Assembly: GCA_015061665.1 (NCBI GenBank)
Contig: SUWC01000002.1
Coordinates: forward strand, 5,227 to 69,226
Reading direction: 5' to 3'
Origin: Lentisphaerota bacterium
GTDB taxonomy: Bacteria; Verrucomicrobiota; Kiritimatiellia; RFP12; UBA1067
Length of the DNA: 64,000 bases
Positions 35,167-44,113 of the stretch are shown in pieces. A model generated the notes under the pieces. That model worked only from the letters and a program-made list of their open reading frames with translations, was not told where the DNA came from and made no database searches. Position 1 is the first letter of the stretch. Every line of letters begins with the position of its first letter. The translations under genes and the position numbers were made by a program.

Positions 35167-36019
35167 TCCGCCGCCACAGGCTTGATTTGGCGTATTCCGG
35201 CGGAAGGGCGATTCCTGCCCGCTTCGCGCGCTTGCGAAGCATGTCGAGCGCGATGTCCGCGCGCTTCCTCGCATACCGCCTGCGCCAGCCGCCTTCGGGG
35301 AAGAGCGCTCGCACGTGCTTGATCCCCGTGATGTAGCTGTCAGCCTTTTTCTGCGTGAACGACGAGCGCAGGATGGACGGCGCGCCGCCGTTCAGGCAGT
35401 AGACGTAGAGCGGGTGCCGTATGAGCGCGAAGGATTCCGCAACGCCGAAGACCTCGGTGATGAAAGGCCAGTCCTCGAAGTAGATGCCCTCGATGAACCT
35501 GCGGTTGCGAACGAGATCCGCCGAATAGAACTTGTTCCACGCGGACGACTGCATCTTGCGCTTTCCTATGAGGTTGCGCAGCGGCTTGCCGAACCTGCGC
35601 ACTTCGCTCGGCAGCGGCGCGCGGTCGCCAGGGGGGAGCGCGTCGACGACGTAGCGCTCGCTGGCGGCGAGAGGACACCCTGTCCGCCGCACCGCGTCGA
35701 GGAACGCTGAGACAGCGTAGCTCGGCAGATAGTCGTCCGAGTCGACGAACATCACCCAATCGCCGGTGAACACCTCAAGGCCCGAGTTGCGCGCGCCCGA
35801 AAGCCCCCTGTTCTCCTGCGTGATCACCTTTATGCGCGGATCCCGCGCGGCGAAGTTTCGAAGTATGTCGCCAGAGGAGTCCGTCGAGCCGTCGTTTACG
35901 CAGATGACCTCTAGCTCGCCGTAGTCCTGCGTCAGCACGGACTCCAGGCAGCGTGCGAGGAACCTCTCCACGTTGTACACCGGGATGATGACGGACACCA
36001 GGTCTTTTCGCTTTTCCAT
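35135..36019 (-). CDS. Family 2 glycosyltransferase
   Basis: The internal Met51 of ORF 35135..36169 is preceded by GGAGG. Motifs are VSVIIPVYNVERFLARCLESVLTQ, NDGSTD and DSDD. The 3' end overlaps the convergent GH16 gene by about 30 nt. Confidence 0.85.
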   Translation of the reverse strand: MEKRKDLVSVIIPVYNVERFLARCLESVLTQDYGELEVICVNDGSTDSSGDILRNFAARDPRIKVITQENRGLSGARNSGLEVFTGDWVMFVDSDDYLPSYAVSAFLDAVRRTGCPLAASERYVVDALPPGDRAPLPSEVRRFGKPLRNLIGKRKMQSSAWNKFYSADLVRNRRFIEGIYFEDWPFITEVFGVAESFALIRHPLYVYCLNGGAPSILRSSFTQKKADSYITGIKHVRALFPEGGWRRRYARKRADIALDMLRKRAKRAGIALPPEYAKSSLWRRIISFLAGRTR

Positions 36020-36044
36020 CGGAAATCCTCCGCCCTGTATGCCG

Positions 36045-37412
36045 TCAGTCCGCGCTGCGCGGCAGATCTGCCGCGCCGGTGCGCACTCCGGCGAAGGACG
36101 CGCTGATCTTAAGCGGACGCCCAGAGCCGACCTTGCGGCGGAAAACGGCGACTGCCGCGCCCTGCTCAAGCGAACCGCTCGAGCAGAGGAGCTCGCCAGG
36201 TCCGTCGACAGTGAAGGCTACCTCGCCTGCGGCGGAGGGAACGACGATTCCATCCTCGTCCACCAGCTCTGCGCGCGCGAATCCGACATCGCCGTCTGCG
36301 AGCGACTTGGCCTCGGTCGTGACCTTGACCGCGAACGGCGCGCCGGCCGTCTTGCGCCATCCTTCGCCAATGGGGTGTCCGTCGCGGAAGACGATGAACT
36401 TTATTTCGCCTGGCTCGAAGGGGACCGTCCATTCGAAGCGGCCGGATTCCTGGTCGCGCTGGATTCTGCCGGCGGACTCGCCGTTGACGAATAGCTCCAC
36501 CTCATCGCCTGTCGCCATGCAGCCGACCTTGACGCTCTCGCCCTCTGTCCAGTTCCAGCGCGAAATGTCGTAGACGGTCGTGAATCGGCCCCAGCGGTAC
36601 GTGCGCTCGAAGCGTCCGATCTCGTTGCCATCGCCGTCGAAGCGGACGATTTCCGCCGTCGCCATCTCGCCTTCTACGGACTTCAGCTCGGCCTTGGCCG
36701 TCTGGGCCGCGACTTCCTGCGCGACTTTCTCGGCGGCGGCCTCCGAGGCGACGATCTCCTTGACCTGCTGTTCCACGACTGCCTTTGTCGCCTCGTCCGG
36801 GGCCAGGACGTATCCGCGAAGCTGATACGGCATCCAGCCTTTTGTCCACGAAAGGTCCTTGAACGGTTCCTCGAACGCGCCCTCAAGCGGGAGGATGTCG
36901 TCCGTAGTGCCTGCCGTGCGGTCGGGTCCCTTGGAATATAGCGTCGGGTTTTCGGCCTCGCCGTTGCAGATGTAGACGTAGTCGCAGCCCCATGGGTCCT
37001 TCACGACGCGGCGGATGTAAGGTCCGTTCCAGCCGCGCTTGACGACGCGGTCTGACGCGAGGATCTCAAGCCCCTCCTCGGTCGTCGGATAGGAGCCGAC
37101 GTGGTAGCGGTAGCGCCCGAGCGCCGTTGCGAGGGCGTCGACGGACTTGCGCGCGTCTATGAGCGCGCGGGGCATGAACTTGCGACCGCCCTTGCCGGCG
37201 ACGGAGAGGATGGATGCGCTCAGCATGAGCAGGCCGATGATCACGACTGCGTAGAAGACGATGCCGCGCTTCATTGCGGGGGCCTTGAGTCCGTTCAGCT
37301 CCGCCTTCTTCATCTCGTACTCTCTCGCTATCGCCTTTATCGCCGCGCTTCTCCTCTTCTTCGACGGATCCTTCGCGGGGAACTTCTTTCTCATCTCGTT
37401 GAAGTCGACCAT
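36045..37412 (-). CDS. GspG/pseudopilin-like N-terminal domain fused to GH2-accessory-like beta-sandwich domains
   Basis: 455 aa with a basic N-terminus, one TM (GIVFYAVVIIGLLMLSASIL), then a T2SS-G-like block (ALGRYRYHVGSYPTTEEGLEIL..DPWGCDYVY). The C-terminal ~200 aa resembles the Ig-like and C-terminal domains of GH2 enzymes (VELFVNGESAG..FEWTVPFEPGEI..; ELVDEDGIVVPSAAGEVAFTVDGPGEL). Confidence 0.55.
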   Translation of the reverse strand: MVDFNEMRKKFPAKDPSKKRRSAAIKAIAREYEMKKAELNGLKAPAMKRGIVFYAVVIIGLLMLSASILSVAGKGGRKFMPRALIDARKSVDALATALGRYRYHVGSYPTTEEGLEILASDRVVKRGWNGPYIRRVVKDPWGCDYVYICNGEAENPTLYSKGPDRTAGTTDDILPLEGAFEEPFKDLSWTKGWMPYQLRGYVLAPDEATKAVVEQQVKEIVASEAAAEKVAQEVAAQTAKAELKSVEGEMATAEIVRFDGDGNEIGRFERTYRWGRFTTVYDISRWNWTEGESVKVGCMATGDEVELFVNGESAGRIQRDQESGRFEWTVPFEPGEIKFIVFRDGHPIGEGWRKTAGAPFAVKVTTEAKSLADGDVGFARAELVDEDGIVVPSAAGEVAFTVDGPGELLCSSGSLEQGAAVAVFRRKVGSGRPLKISASFAGVRTGAADLPRSAD

Positions 37413-37541
37413 TGGTGTCTTCCTTTAGTATTTGTGACTTGGACAATATTATAGCAAAACCGCGCAAGAGGTGTGCGGATTTGACTTACAAGGGGGGGAT
37501 GTGCTATTATTCTACTAATACCGAATAAGGAAAAAGACAAA

Positions 37542-38909
37542 ATGAGCGACATCCCATACAAGTTCTACCTTGACCAGAAAGACGTTCCCACGGCATGGTA
37601 CAATGTCCGCGCCGACATGAAGAAGAAGCCGGCGCCGCTTCTCGACCCCGCGACGCTCAAGCCCGTTACCGCTGATCAGCTCGAGCGCGTTTTCTGCAAG
37701 GAGCTCGTCCGCCAGGAGCTTGACGAGGATAACGCATGGTTCGACATCCCGGGTCCCGTGCAGGACTTCTACCGCATGTTCCGTCCCTCGCCCCTGATCC
37801 GCGCGTACTTTCTTGAGAAGGCCCTGGGCACGCCTGCGCACATCTACTACAAGTTCGAGGGCAACAACACCTCGGGCTCGCACAAGCTCAACTCGGCGAT
37901 CGCCCAGGCCTACTACGCCAAGGCGGAGGGACTCAAGGGCGTGACTACCGAGACTGGCGCTGGGCAGTGGGGCACGGCGCTTTCGATGGCGTGCGCGTTC
38001 TTCGGCCTCGACTGCCGCGTTTTCATGGTCAAGTGCAGCTACGAGCAGAAGCCGTTCCGCCGCGAGGTGATGCGCACCTACGGCGCGAGCGTTACGCCTT
38101 CGCCTTCCATGGATACCGAGGTCGGCCGCAGGATCAACGCCGAGCACCCCGGCACCACGGGTTCGCTCGGCTGCGCGATATCCGAGGCCGTCGAGGCCGC
38201 TGTGACGAGCGAAGGCTACCGCTATGTCCTCGGCTCGGTCCTCGCCCAGGTGCTGCTCCACCAGTCCATCATCGGGCTCGAGACGCAGACGGCCTTCCGC
38301 AAGCTCGGCGTCAAGCCAGACGTCATCATCGGCTGCGCAGGCGGCGGTTCGAACCTCGGCGGACTCATCTCGCCCTTTGTCGGCGAGAAGCTGCGCGGCG
38401 AGGCGGACTACCGGTTCATCGCCGTCGAGCCCGCGAGCTGCCCGAGCCTCACGCGCGGACGCTACGCCTACGACTTCTGCGACACGGGCAAGGTGTGTCC
38501 GCTCCAGAAGATGTACACGCTCGGCTGCGACTTCATTCCGAGCGCAAGCCACGCGGGCGGCCTTCGCTACCACGGAATGAGCGCGACGCTCTCCGAGCTC
38601 TACGACCAGGGGGTCATCGAGGCGACGAGCGTGAAGCAGACGGACGTCTTCGAGGCCGCGCAGTTCTTCGCGCGCGTCGAGGGCATTCTGCCTGCGCCCG
38701 AGTCGAGCCACGCAATCCGCGCTGCGATCGACGAGGCCAAGCGCTGCACGCGCGAGGGCAAGTCCGAGAACATCGTTTTCGGACTCACCGGAACGGGCTA
38801 CTTCGACATGTACGCCTACCAGGCCTTCAACGACGGCAAGATGGGCGACTACATTCCGACCGACGACGAACTCGCCGCAAGCTTCGCCAAACTCCCCAGG
38901 ATCGGCTGA
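37542..38909 (+). CDS. trpB: TrpB2-type tryptophan synthase beta-like PLP enzyme
   Basis: 455 aa with the PLP-lysine block GSHKLNSA and GCAGGGSNLGG. The length and N-terminal extension are typical of the TrpB2 subgroup. Confidence 0.85.
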   Translation: MSDIPYKFYLDQKDVPTAWYNVRADMKKKPAPLLDPATLKPVTADQLERVFCKELVRQELDEDNAWFDIPGPVQDFYRMFRPSPLIRAYFLEKALGTPAHIYYKFEGNNTSGSHKLNSAIAQAYYAKAEGLKGVTTETGAGQWGTALSMACAFFGLDCRVFMVKCSYEQKPFRREVMRTYGASVTPSPSMDTEVGRRINAEHPGTTGSLGCAISEAVEAAVTSEGYRYVLGSVLAQVLLHQSIIGLETQTAFRKLGVKPDVIIGCAGGGSNLGGLISPFVGEKLRGEADYRFIAVEPASCPSLTRGRYAYDFCDTGKVCPLQKMYTLGCDFIPSASHAGGLRYHGMSATLSELYDQGVIEATSVKQTDVFEAAQFFARVEGILPAPESSHAIRAAIDEAKRCTREGKSENIVFGLTGTGYFDMYAYQAFNDGKMGDYIPTDDELAASFAKLPRIG

Positions 38910-38911
38910 AG

Positions 38912-39334
38912 ATGAAGGTCCTCGTTCTCAACGGACCCAACCTCAACATGCTCGGGCTCCGCGAGCCCGAGCTGTACGGAAAGGGCACGTACGCAGATCT
39001 GGAGACGTTTGTCTCGGAGACGGCCTCGCGCCTCGGCATCGAAGTCGAGATGCGCCAGACGAACCACGAGGGGACGCTTGTCGACTGGATTCAGCAGTCC
39101 CGCGGCGTTTTTGACGCGATCGTCCTGAACGCCGCGGCCTACACGCACACGTCGGTCGCGGTCCTTGACGCGCTCAAGGCCGTAAAGGCGCGCTGCGTCG
39201 AGGTCCATCTCACCGACCCGAAGACGCGCGAGGAATTCCGCCACGTGTCGTATGTCGGCATGGTCGCCGAGAAGACTTTCGCGGGACTCGGCTTCGGCTC
39301 ATATTCCGCCGCGCTTGAATATCTTGCGGGGTGA
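38912..39334 (+). CDS. aroQ: Type II 3-dehydroquinate dehydratase
   Basis: 140 aa (the tail of track ORF 37967..39334) with MKVLVLNGPNLNMLGLREPELYG, NHEG and NAAAYTHTSVA blocks. Confidence 0.93.
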   Translation: MKVLVLNGPNLNMLGLREPELYGKGTYADLETFVSETASRLGIEVEMRQTNHEGTLVDWIQQSRGVFDAIVLNAAAYTHTSVAVLDALKAVKARCVEVHLTDPKTREEFRHVSYVGMVAEKTFAGLGFGSYSAALEYLAG

Positions 39335-39338
39335 CGCC

Positions 39339-39590
39339 ATGCCGCTTTACGTATACGAGGCGCGCGAGCCCGAGAGTGGATGCGCGAAGTGCGCGCACGG
39401 ATTCGAGATAATGCAGTCGCTGAAGGACGAGCGGCTGACCGCGTGCCCCGACTGCGGCGCGCCCGTCATCCGCGTCATCCAGGCGCCCGGGCTGACCCAT
39501 TCCAAGACCGACCTCCACTACCGCGCCAAGCGCGCCGGCTTCCACACTCTCAAGAAGGTCGGCAAAGGCGAGTACGAGAAGATGTACTGA
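39339..39590 (+). CDS. FmdB-family zinc-ribbon protein
   Basis: The internal Met30 of ORF 39252 gives MPLYVYE..CAKC..(x19)..CPDCG, the typical FmdB/CxxC-CxxC small protein. Confidence 0.8.
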   Translation: MPLYVYEAREPESGCAKCAHGFEIMQSLKDERLTACPDCGAPVIRVIQAPGLTHSKTDLHYRAKRAGFHTLKKVGKGEYEKMY

Positions 39591-39636
39591 TGCATTTCCC
39601 AAGATTCGCCCAAAGTGCGGATTTCCACGGAGCAAT

Positions 39637-41079
39637 ATGCAGACGACACTACTAGAAAGCACGATAGCAGGTTCTTGGCACCCTGGGGCGCCGGACGAAA
39701 TCCGCGCGATTGCTGCGGACTGGGAGAGCCGCGTCGCGTCCGATGCGGGGACCTCGTCGACGCCGAACGTCCTCATTCTGCCCCACGCGGGCTGGTCGTA
39801 TTCAGGCGAGACGGCGTGGCGGGCGGTCCGCCTGGTGAAGGGCGCAAAGTTTTCGCGCGTTGTCCTTCTCGCGCCGAGTCACCGCGCATGGATCGAGAAC
39901 CGCCTTGTCGCGCCCGAAGCTTCCGCAGTCTCGACGCCGCTCGGCGAAATCCGCATCGACAACGATTTCATCGACCGCATGGCGCTCGTCGCGCCGGTCG
40001 CCAGAAACAGCAAGGTGCATCTCGCTGAGCATGCGACGCAGATCGAGTATCCGCTCCTTCAGCTTGCGCTCGGAGAAGGCTTCTCCCTTGTCCCGCTGAT
40101 CGTCGGCTCGCTTGGCGCAGACCAGATGGCGATGTGCGCGAGGGCGCTTTCGCGGATGATGGACGCGGATACGCTCCTCGTCGTGTCGTCCGATTTCACG
40201 CACTACGGGGACGATTTCTCGTATGCGCCCTACGGAACGAAAGGTGGAGTCAGCGTGCGCGAGCGAGTGTCTTCAGTGGATGCGGAGGCGCTTTCGTTCA
40301 TCGAGAAGGGCGATGCGGTCGCGTTCGCTGCGAATGTCCGTGAGACGGGCGCGACGATCTGCGGACACGTTCCGATCGAGCTCGCGCTGCGCGCGTTCCC
40401 GAAAGGGACGTCGCTTACGTGCGTCCACTACGGAACGTCCGGCGATGCAGAAGGGGATTTCACGCGATTCGTCTGCTACGCGGCTGTGGCAGGGCGTGCG
40501 TCTTGGCCTGGTGATGGGACGCAGGTTCTCGACGCGGAGGCGCGAGCGTTCCTTCTGCGTGTTGCGCGCGAGTCGATGGAATGCGCCGTCAAAGGCATCA
40601 CCTACTCCATTCCCCATTCCCCATTCCCCGTTCCCCGTTCCCCTCTCTACACGAAAATGGGAACGTTCGTCACGCTCAACGACAGGACGACTGGCGCGCT
40701 GCGCGGTTGCATTGGGGAGATCATGCCGATGCGTCCGCTCGTCGACGCGGTTGCGGCGCGCGCTGTCGATTCCGCGCTGCACGATCCGCGCTTCATGCCG
40801 GTGACGGAGCGCGAGCTTGCGAACCTGCGCGTCGAGGTTTCCGTCCTGACGCCGCCGAAGCCCGTCGCGTCGTGGCGGGACATCGTGCTTGGACGCGACG
40901 GAATGACGCTTGAGAAGGGGAATGCGTTCGCGGTGTTTCTTCCGCAGGTCGCGCCCGAGCAGGCGTGGGACCTTCCGACGACGCTTTCCTATCTTGCGCA
41001 GAAGGCGGGGCTTTCCCCTGACGCCTGGCGCGACGGCGCGAAGTTCGAGACCTTCCAGGCCGAGGTCTTCCACGAGTGA
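39637..41079 (+). CDS. Fused MEMO-like (AmmeMemoRadiSam protein B) and AMMECR1 (protein A) domains
   Basis: 480 aa. The N-terminal half has MEMO blocks (ILPHAGWSYSG, SSDFTHYG, TICGHVPI). The C-terminal half has AMMECR1 blocks (GTFVTLN..GALRGCIG, DPRF.PV, LRVEVSVLT). Confidence 0.85.
   Translation: MQTTLLESTIAGSWHPGAPDEIRAIAADWESRVASDAGTSSTPNVLILPHAGWSYSGETAWRAVRLVKGAKFSRVVLLAPSHRAWIENRLVAPEASAVSTPLGEIRIDNDFIDRMALVAPVARNSKVHLAEHATQIEYPLLQLALGEGFSLVPLIVGSLGADQMAMCARALSRMMDADTLLVVSSDFTHYGDDFSYAPYGTKGGVSVRERVSSVDAEALSFIEKGDAVAFAANVRETGATICGHVPIELALRAFPKGTSLTCVHYGTSGDAEGDFTRFVCYAAVAGRASWPGDGTQVLDAEARAFLLRVARESMECAVKGITYSIPHSPFPVPRSPLYTKMGTFVTLNDRTTGALRGCIGEIMPMRPLVDAVAARAVDSALHDPRFMPVTERELANLRVEVSVLTPPKPVASWRDIVLGRDGMTLEKGNAFAVFLPQVAPEQAWDLPTTLSYLAQKAGLSPDAWRDGAKFETFQAEVFHE
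40609..40643. repeat. Heptanucleotide tandem repeat (ATTCCCC x3, GTTCCCC x2) inside the AMMECR1 half of the CDS
   Basis: The read sequence is c-ATTCCCC-ATTCCCC-ATTCCCC-GTTCCCC-GTTCCCC-tc. It encodes IPHSPFPVPRSP. Confidence 0.9.
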
Positions 41080-41089
41080 CAGAAAGCCG

Positions 41090-41124
41090 CCGAGCCAATA
41101 AGGTTTTTTGGTGTCTTGGCTCGG
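41090..41124 (+). terminator. Hairpin downstream of the MEMO-AMMECR1 gene (possible terminator)
   Basis: CCGAGCCAA pairs with TTGGCTCGG (9-bp stem) around a 17-nt T-rich loop. There is no clear 3' U-tract. Confidence 0.3.
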
Positions 41125-41238
41125 TATCGCGCGAAGAAGGCGATGGGTAGCGACTGAGAAGTCGACTGCTCCACGCCCAGGGTCCAAATGCGCACACCAT
41201 GCTGATTTTCCCGCCGGCGAACACCTTTTCCCGATATA

Positions 41239-41247
41239 TGATATAAT
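41239..41247 (+). promoter_or_regulatory. Extended -10 promoter element (TGATATAAT) upstream of the oxidoreductase operon
   Basis: The AT-rich TGaTATAAT stands out in GC-rich DNA 24 nt upstream of ATG 41271. AGGAG lies at 41261-41265. Confidence 0.45.
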
Positions 41248-41270
41248 ATACGTTTAATACAGGAGAAATC

Positions 41271-41504
41271 ATGGAACAGGAGAATCAGTCGATCGTGACG
41301 CATCCGGAGATCGAAGCCGATGCGTGCAAGGGATGCGGACGCTGCGCGGCGGCGTGTCCGCGCCACTGCCTTGAGATCAAGCATGGAACGCTCAACGCGG
41401 CGGGCATCGAACCCGTGGCCTACAAGGGAGATGGCTGCATCGGCTGCGGCATCTGCTTCTACAACTGTCCGGAGCCGTATGCAATAAAGGTGGTGAAGGC
41501 ATGA
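41271..41504 (+). CDS. 2-oxoacid:ferredoxin oxidoreductase delta subunit (2x[4Fe-4S] ferredoxin)
   Basis: 77 aa with two CxxCxxCxxxCP motifs (CKGCGRCAAACP, CIGCGICFYNCP). It overlaps the alpha subunit start. Confidence 0.85.
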   Translation: MEQENQSIVTHPEIEADACKGCGRCAAACPRHCLEIKHGTLNAAGIEPVAYKGDGCIGCGICFYNCPEPYAIKVVKA

Positions 41505-42562
41505 CCAAGTTCGTAAAAAGCAACGAGGCCGTCGTGATGGGAGCCCTCTATGCGGGCTGCGACCTCTACTTCGGATATCCGATCACGCCCGCCAGCGAAA
41601 TCGCCCACGGCGCGGCCAAATGGTTCCCGATGCTGGGCAGGACGTTCGTCCAGGCCGAGTGCGAGACCGCGTCCATCAACATGATGTTCGGCGCCGCCGG
41701 CGCGGGCAGGCTCTGCATGACCGCGACATCCGGCCCCGGCTTCTCGCTTATGCAGGAGGGCATCAGCTACCTCGCGGGCGCGGAGCTCCCCGCCGTCGTT
41801 GTCAACGTGAACCGCGCCGGCCCGGGGCTTGGCAACGTCTATCCGGAGCAGTCCGACTACACGCCCGCTGTCAAGGGCGGCGGACACGGCTCCTACCAGA
41901 CGTTCACGCTCGCGCCCGCCAGCGCCCAGGAGATGTTCGACCTCACCATGAAGGCGTTCGAGATGGCGTCCAAGTGGCGCACTCCCGCGGTCGTCTTCGC
42001 TGACGGACTCCAGGGCCAGATGATGGAGACCGTGCAGCTCCCCGAAAAGGAGATGCCGCGCCCCGACTTCAGCGAATGGGCAGCCCAGGGCGAGCCTAAG
42101 ACAAGGCAGAACCTCGTGAAGTCCATCTACCTCGATGCCAAGCAGCAGGAGGAGTTCAACGACCACCTCCAGGAGAAGTACGCGCGCATGGCGGCCGACG
42201 CCATGGGCGAAAGCTACCTCGCGGACGACGCGGAGCTGCTTATCGTCGCGTTCGGAATCTCCAGCCGCATCGCGCGCACAACGGCCGAGGCGCTGCGCAA
42301 AGAGGGCGTGAAGGCGGGCGTGTTCCGTCCGATCACCCTCAACCCGTTCCCCCGCGAACAGCTCGCCGCCGTCGCGAAGGGAAGAAAGGTGATGACAATC
42401 GAGCTGGACGCCGGACAGTTCGCTGACGACGTCAGGCTCAACCTCGCGAAGGCGGGGCTCGGAACGGAGGCGGCAGGCGTGACGATGATCCACCGCATGG
42501 GCGGAGAGGTCGTGTCGGTCGACGACGCAGTCGCGAAGGCGAAGGAGGTTCTTGCGAAATGA
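41501..42562 (+). CDS. 2-oxoacid:ferredoxin oxidoreductase alpha subunit
   Basis: 353 aa with GNEAV-like N-terminus (SNEAVVMGALYAGC..YPITPASEI) and TSGPGFSLM blocks. Confidence 0.88.
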   Translation: MTKFVKSNEAVVMGALYAGCDLYFGYPITPASEIAHGAAKWFPMLGRTFVQAECETASINMMFGAAGAGRLCMTATSGPGFSLMQEGISYLAGAELPAVVVNVNRAGPGLGNVYPEQSDYTPAVKGGGHGSYQTFTLAPASAQEMFDLTMKAFEMASKWRTPAVVFADGLQGQMMETVQLPEKEMPRPDFSEWAAQGEPKTRQNLVKSIYLDAKQQEEFNDHLQEKYARMAADAMGESYLADDAELLIVAFGISSRIARTTAEALRKEGVKAGVFRPITLNPFPREQLAAVAKGRKVMTIELDAGQFADDVRLNLAKAGLGTEAAGVTMIHRMGGEVVSVDDAVAKAKEVLAK

Positions 42563-43959
42563 AAGTGATTGAACAAAAGGGAATGTACCAGGAGTTTCCG
42601 CGCTGCGGAAAGCCCCACGCCAGGACTACGCACTACTGTCCGGGATGCGGACACGGCATCATCAACAAGCTGATCGCCGAGGCGTGCGCCGAAATGGGTC
42701 TCCAGGACCGCACCATATTCGTCGATCCCGTCGGATGCGGCGTGTTCACGTACTACTACTGGGACGCCTCCCACATATCAGCGGCGCACGGACGCGCCTC
42801 CGCCGCAGCGACAGGCGCGTCCAGGGCGCGCCCCGACGCCGTCACGATCGCCTACCAGGGCGACGGAGACCTTGGCGCAATCGGGTTCAACAACGCGTTC
42901 CAGGCGGCCTCGCGCGGAGAGCACTTCGGCTGCATATTCGTCAACAACTCGCTCTACGGCATGACGGGCGGGCAAATGGCCCCGACGACCCTCGAAGGCG
43001 AAACGACGACAACGACTCCGTTCGGACGCGACCCCGCGCTCACGGGCCATCCGCTCCACGTCTGTGAGGTCTTCAACCAGCTCAAGGCCCCCGTCTACAT
43101 CGCTCGCGTCTCCGTTGCGGACACGAAGCGCATCATGCAGGCAAAGCAGGCGATCCGCAAGGTTTTCGAAATCGAACGCGACAAGAAGGGCTACGCCCTC
43201 CTCGAAATCCTCGCGCCCTGCCCGACGAACTTCAAGATGACCCCCGACAAGGCGGCGGCATTCTGCATGGACGAGATGGAGAAGGAATTCCCGCTCGGCG
43301 TCTTCCGCGACGAGACCAGGGAGCCGCTCTCCGTCAAGCCCATCCCGCAGGTCGCGTCCTGCAGCGAGCTCTTCCAGGAGAAGAACGTAGTTCCAGCGGC
43401 GGTGGACGACCCGAAGTTCGCCGAGCGCAGGTTCAAGTTCGCAGGGTACGGCGGACAGGGCATCCTCTCGCTCGGGCTCTGCGTCGCCGAGGCAGCGCGC
43501 CTTGAGCGACGCCACACGCTTTGGTTTCCGAGCTATGGACCCGAACAGCGCGGCGGAAGCGCAAACTGCTCCGTCGTCGTCTCCGGAACGCCCATCGGCG
43601 CGCCCACGGTCGAGCATCCCGATGTCCTCGTGTGCATGAACCAGCCCGCATACGAGCGCTTCGTCGGCGACGTGAAGAAAGGCGGGACGATCATCGTCGA
43701 CGAAACCGTCCCCGTCAGCGTGCAGCCGCCTGAAGGCGTAACGCTCATCCGCTGGCCCGCGATCAGGATGGCCGACGAGTTCGGCGTCCCGAAGGCTGCC
43801 AACACCATGATGCTTGCCGCGCTCAAGAAGTTCAAGCTCACGGGTCTCTCGGACGAGAACCTCGAGGAGTCCCTTGTCGCAAGCTTCAAGAAGAAGCCAG
43901 CGCTGGGCGAGAAGAACCGCGAGCTTCTGCGCAAGGCCGAAGCCCAGGTCGCAAAGTAG
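42559..43959 (+). CDS. 2-oxoacid:ferredoxin oxidoreductase beta subunit fused to gamma subunit
   Basis: 466 aa. The N-terminal half is a TPP-binding beta subunit (YCPGCGHG, GDGD..AIG, NNSLYGMTGGQ). The C-terminal ~190 aa is gamma-like (FKFAGYGGQGILSLG..SYGPEQRGG). Confidence 0.85.
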   Translation: MKVIEQKGMYQEFPRCGKPHARTTHYCPGCGHGIINKLIAEACAEMGLQDRTIFVDPVGCGVFTYYYWDASHISAAHGRASAAATGASRARPDAVTIAYQGDGDLGAIGFNNAFQAASRGEHFGCIFVNNSLYGMTGGQMAPTTLEGETTTTTPFGRDPALTGHPLHVCEVFNQLKAPVYIARVSVADTKRIMQAKQAIRKVFEIERDKKGYALLEILAPCPTNFKMTPDKAAAFCMDEMEKEFPLGVFRDETREPLSVKPIPQVASCSELFQEKNVVPAAVDDPKFAERRFKFAGYGGQGILSLGLCVAEAARLERRHTLWFPSYGPEQRGGSANCSVVVSGTPIGAPTVEHPDVLVCMNQPAYERFVGDVKKGGTIIVDETVPVSVQPPEGVTLIRWPAIRMADEFGVPKAANTMMLAALKKFKLTGLSDENLEESLVASFKKKPALGEKNRELLRKAEAQVAK

Positions 43960-43987
43960 CGTCGTCTGAGCAGCGACAGAAAATGGA

Positions 43988-44021
43988 GACGCGGCTTCCA
44001 GCCGCGTCTTATATTATATTT
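43988..44021 (+). terminator. Rho-independent terminator closing the core operon
   Basis: GACGCGGCT-tcc-AGCCGCGTC (9-bp perfect stem, 3-nt loop) is followed by TTATATTATATTT. It lies 29 nt after the stop at 43959. The same hairpin sequence family recurs in the island repeats. Confidence 0.8.
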
Positions 44022-44113
44022 GCTTCACATAGAGGGCGAGCGTTAGCGAAGCCCCGTTCCTTCCACATCATCTTGTGCTTCTCCCGCCCCGTAACACATC
44101 ATGCTGTGTGGTG

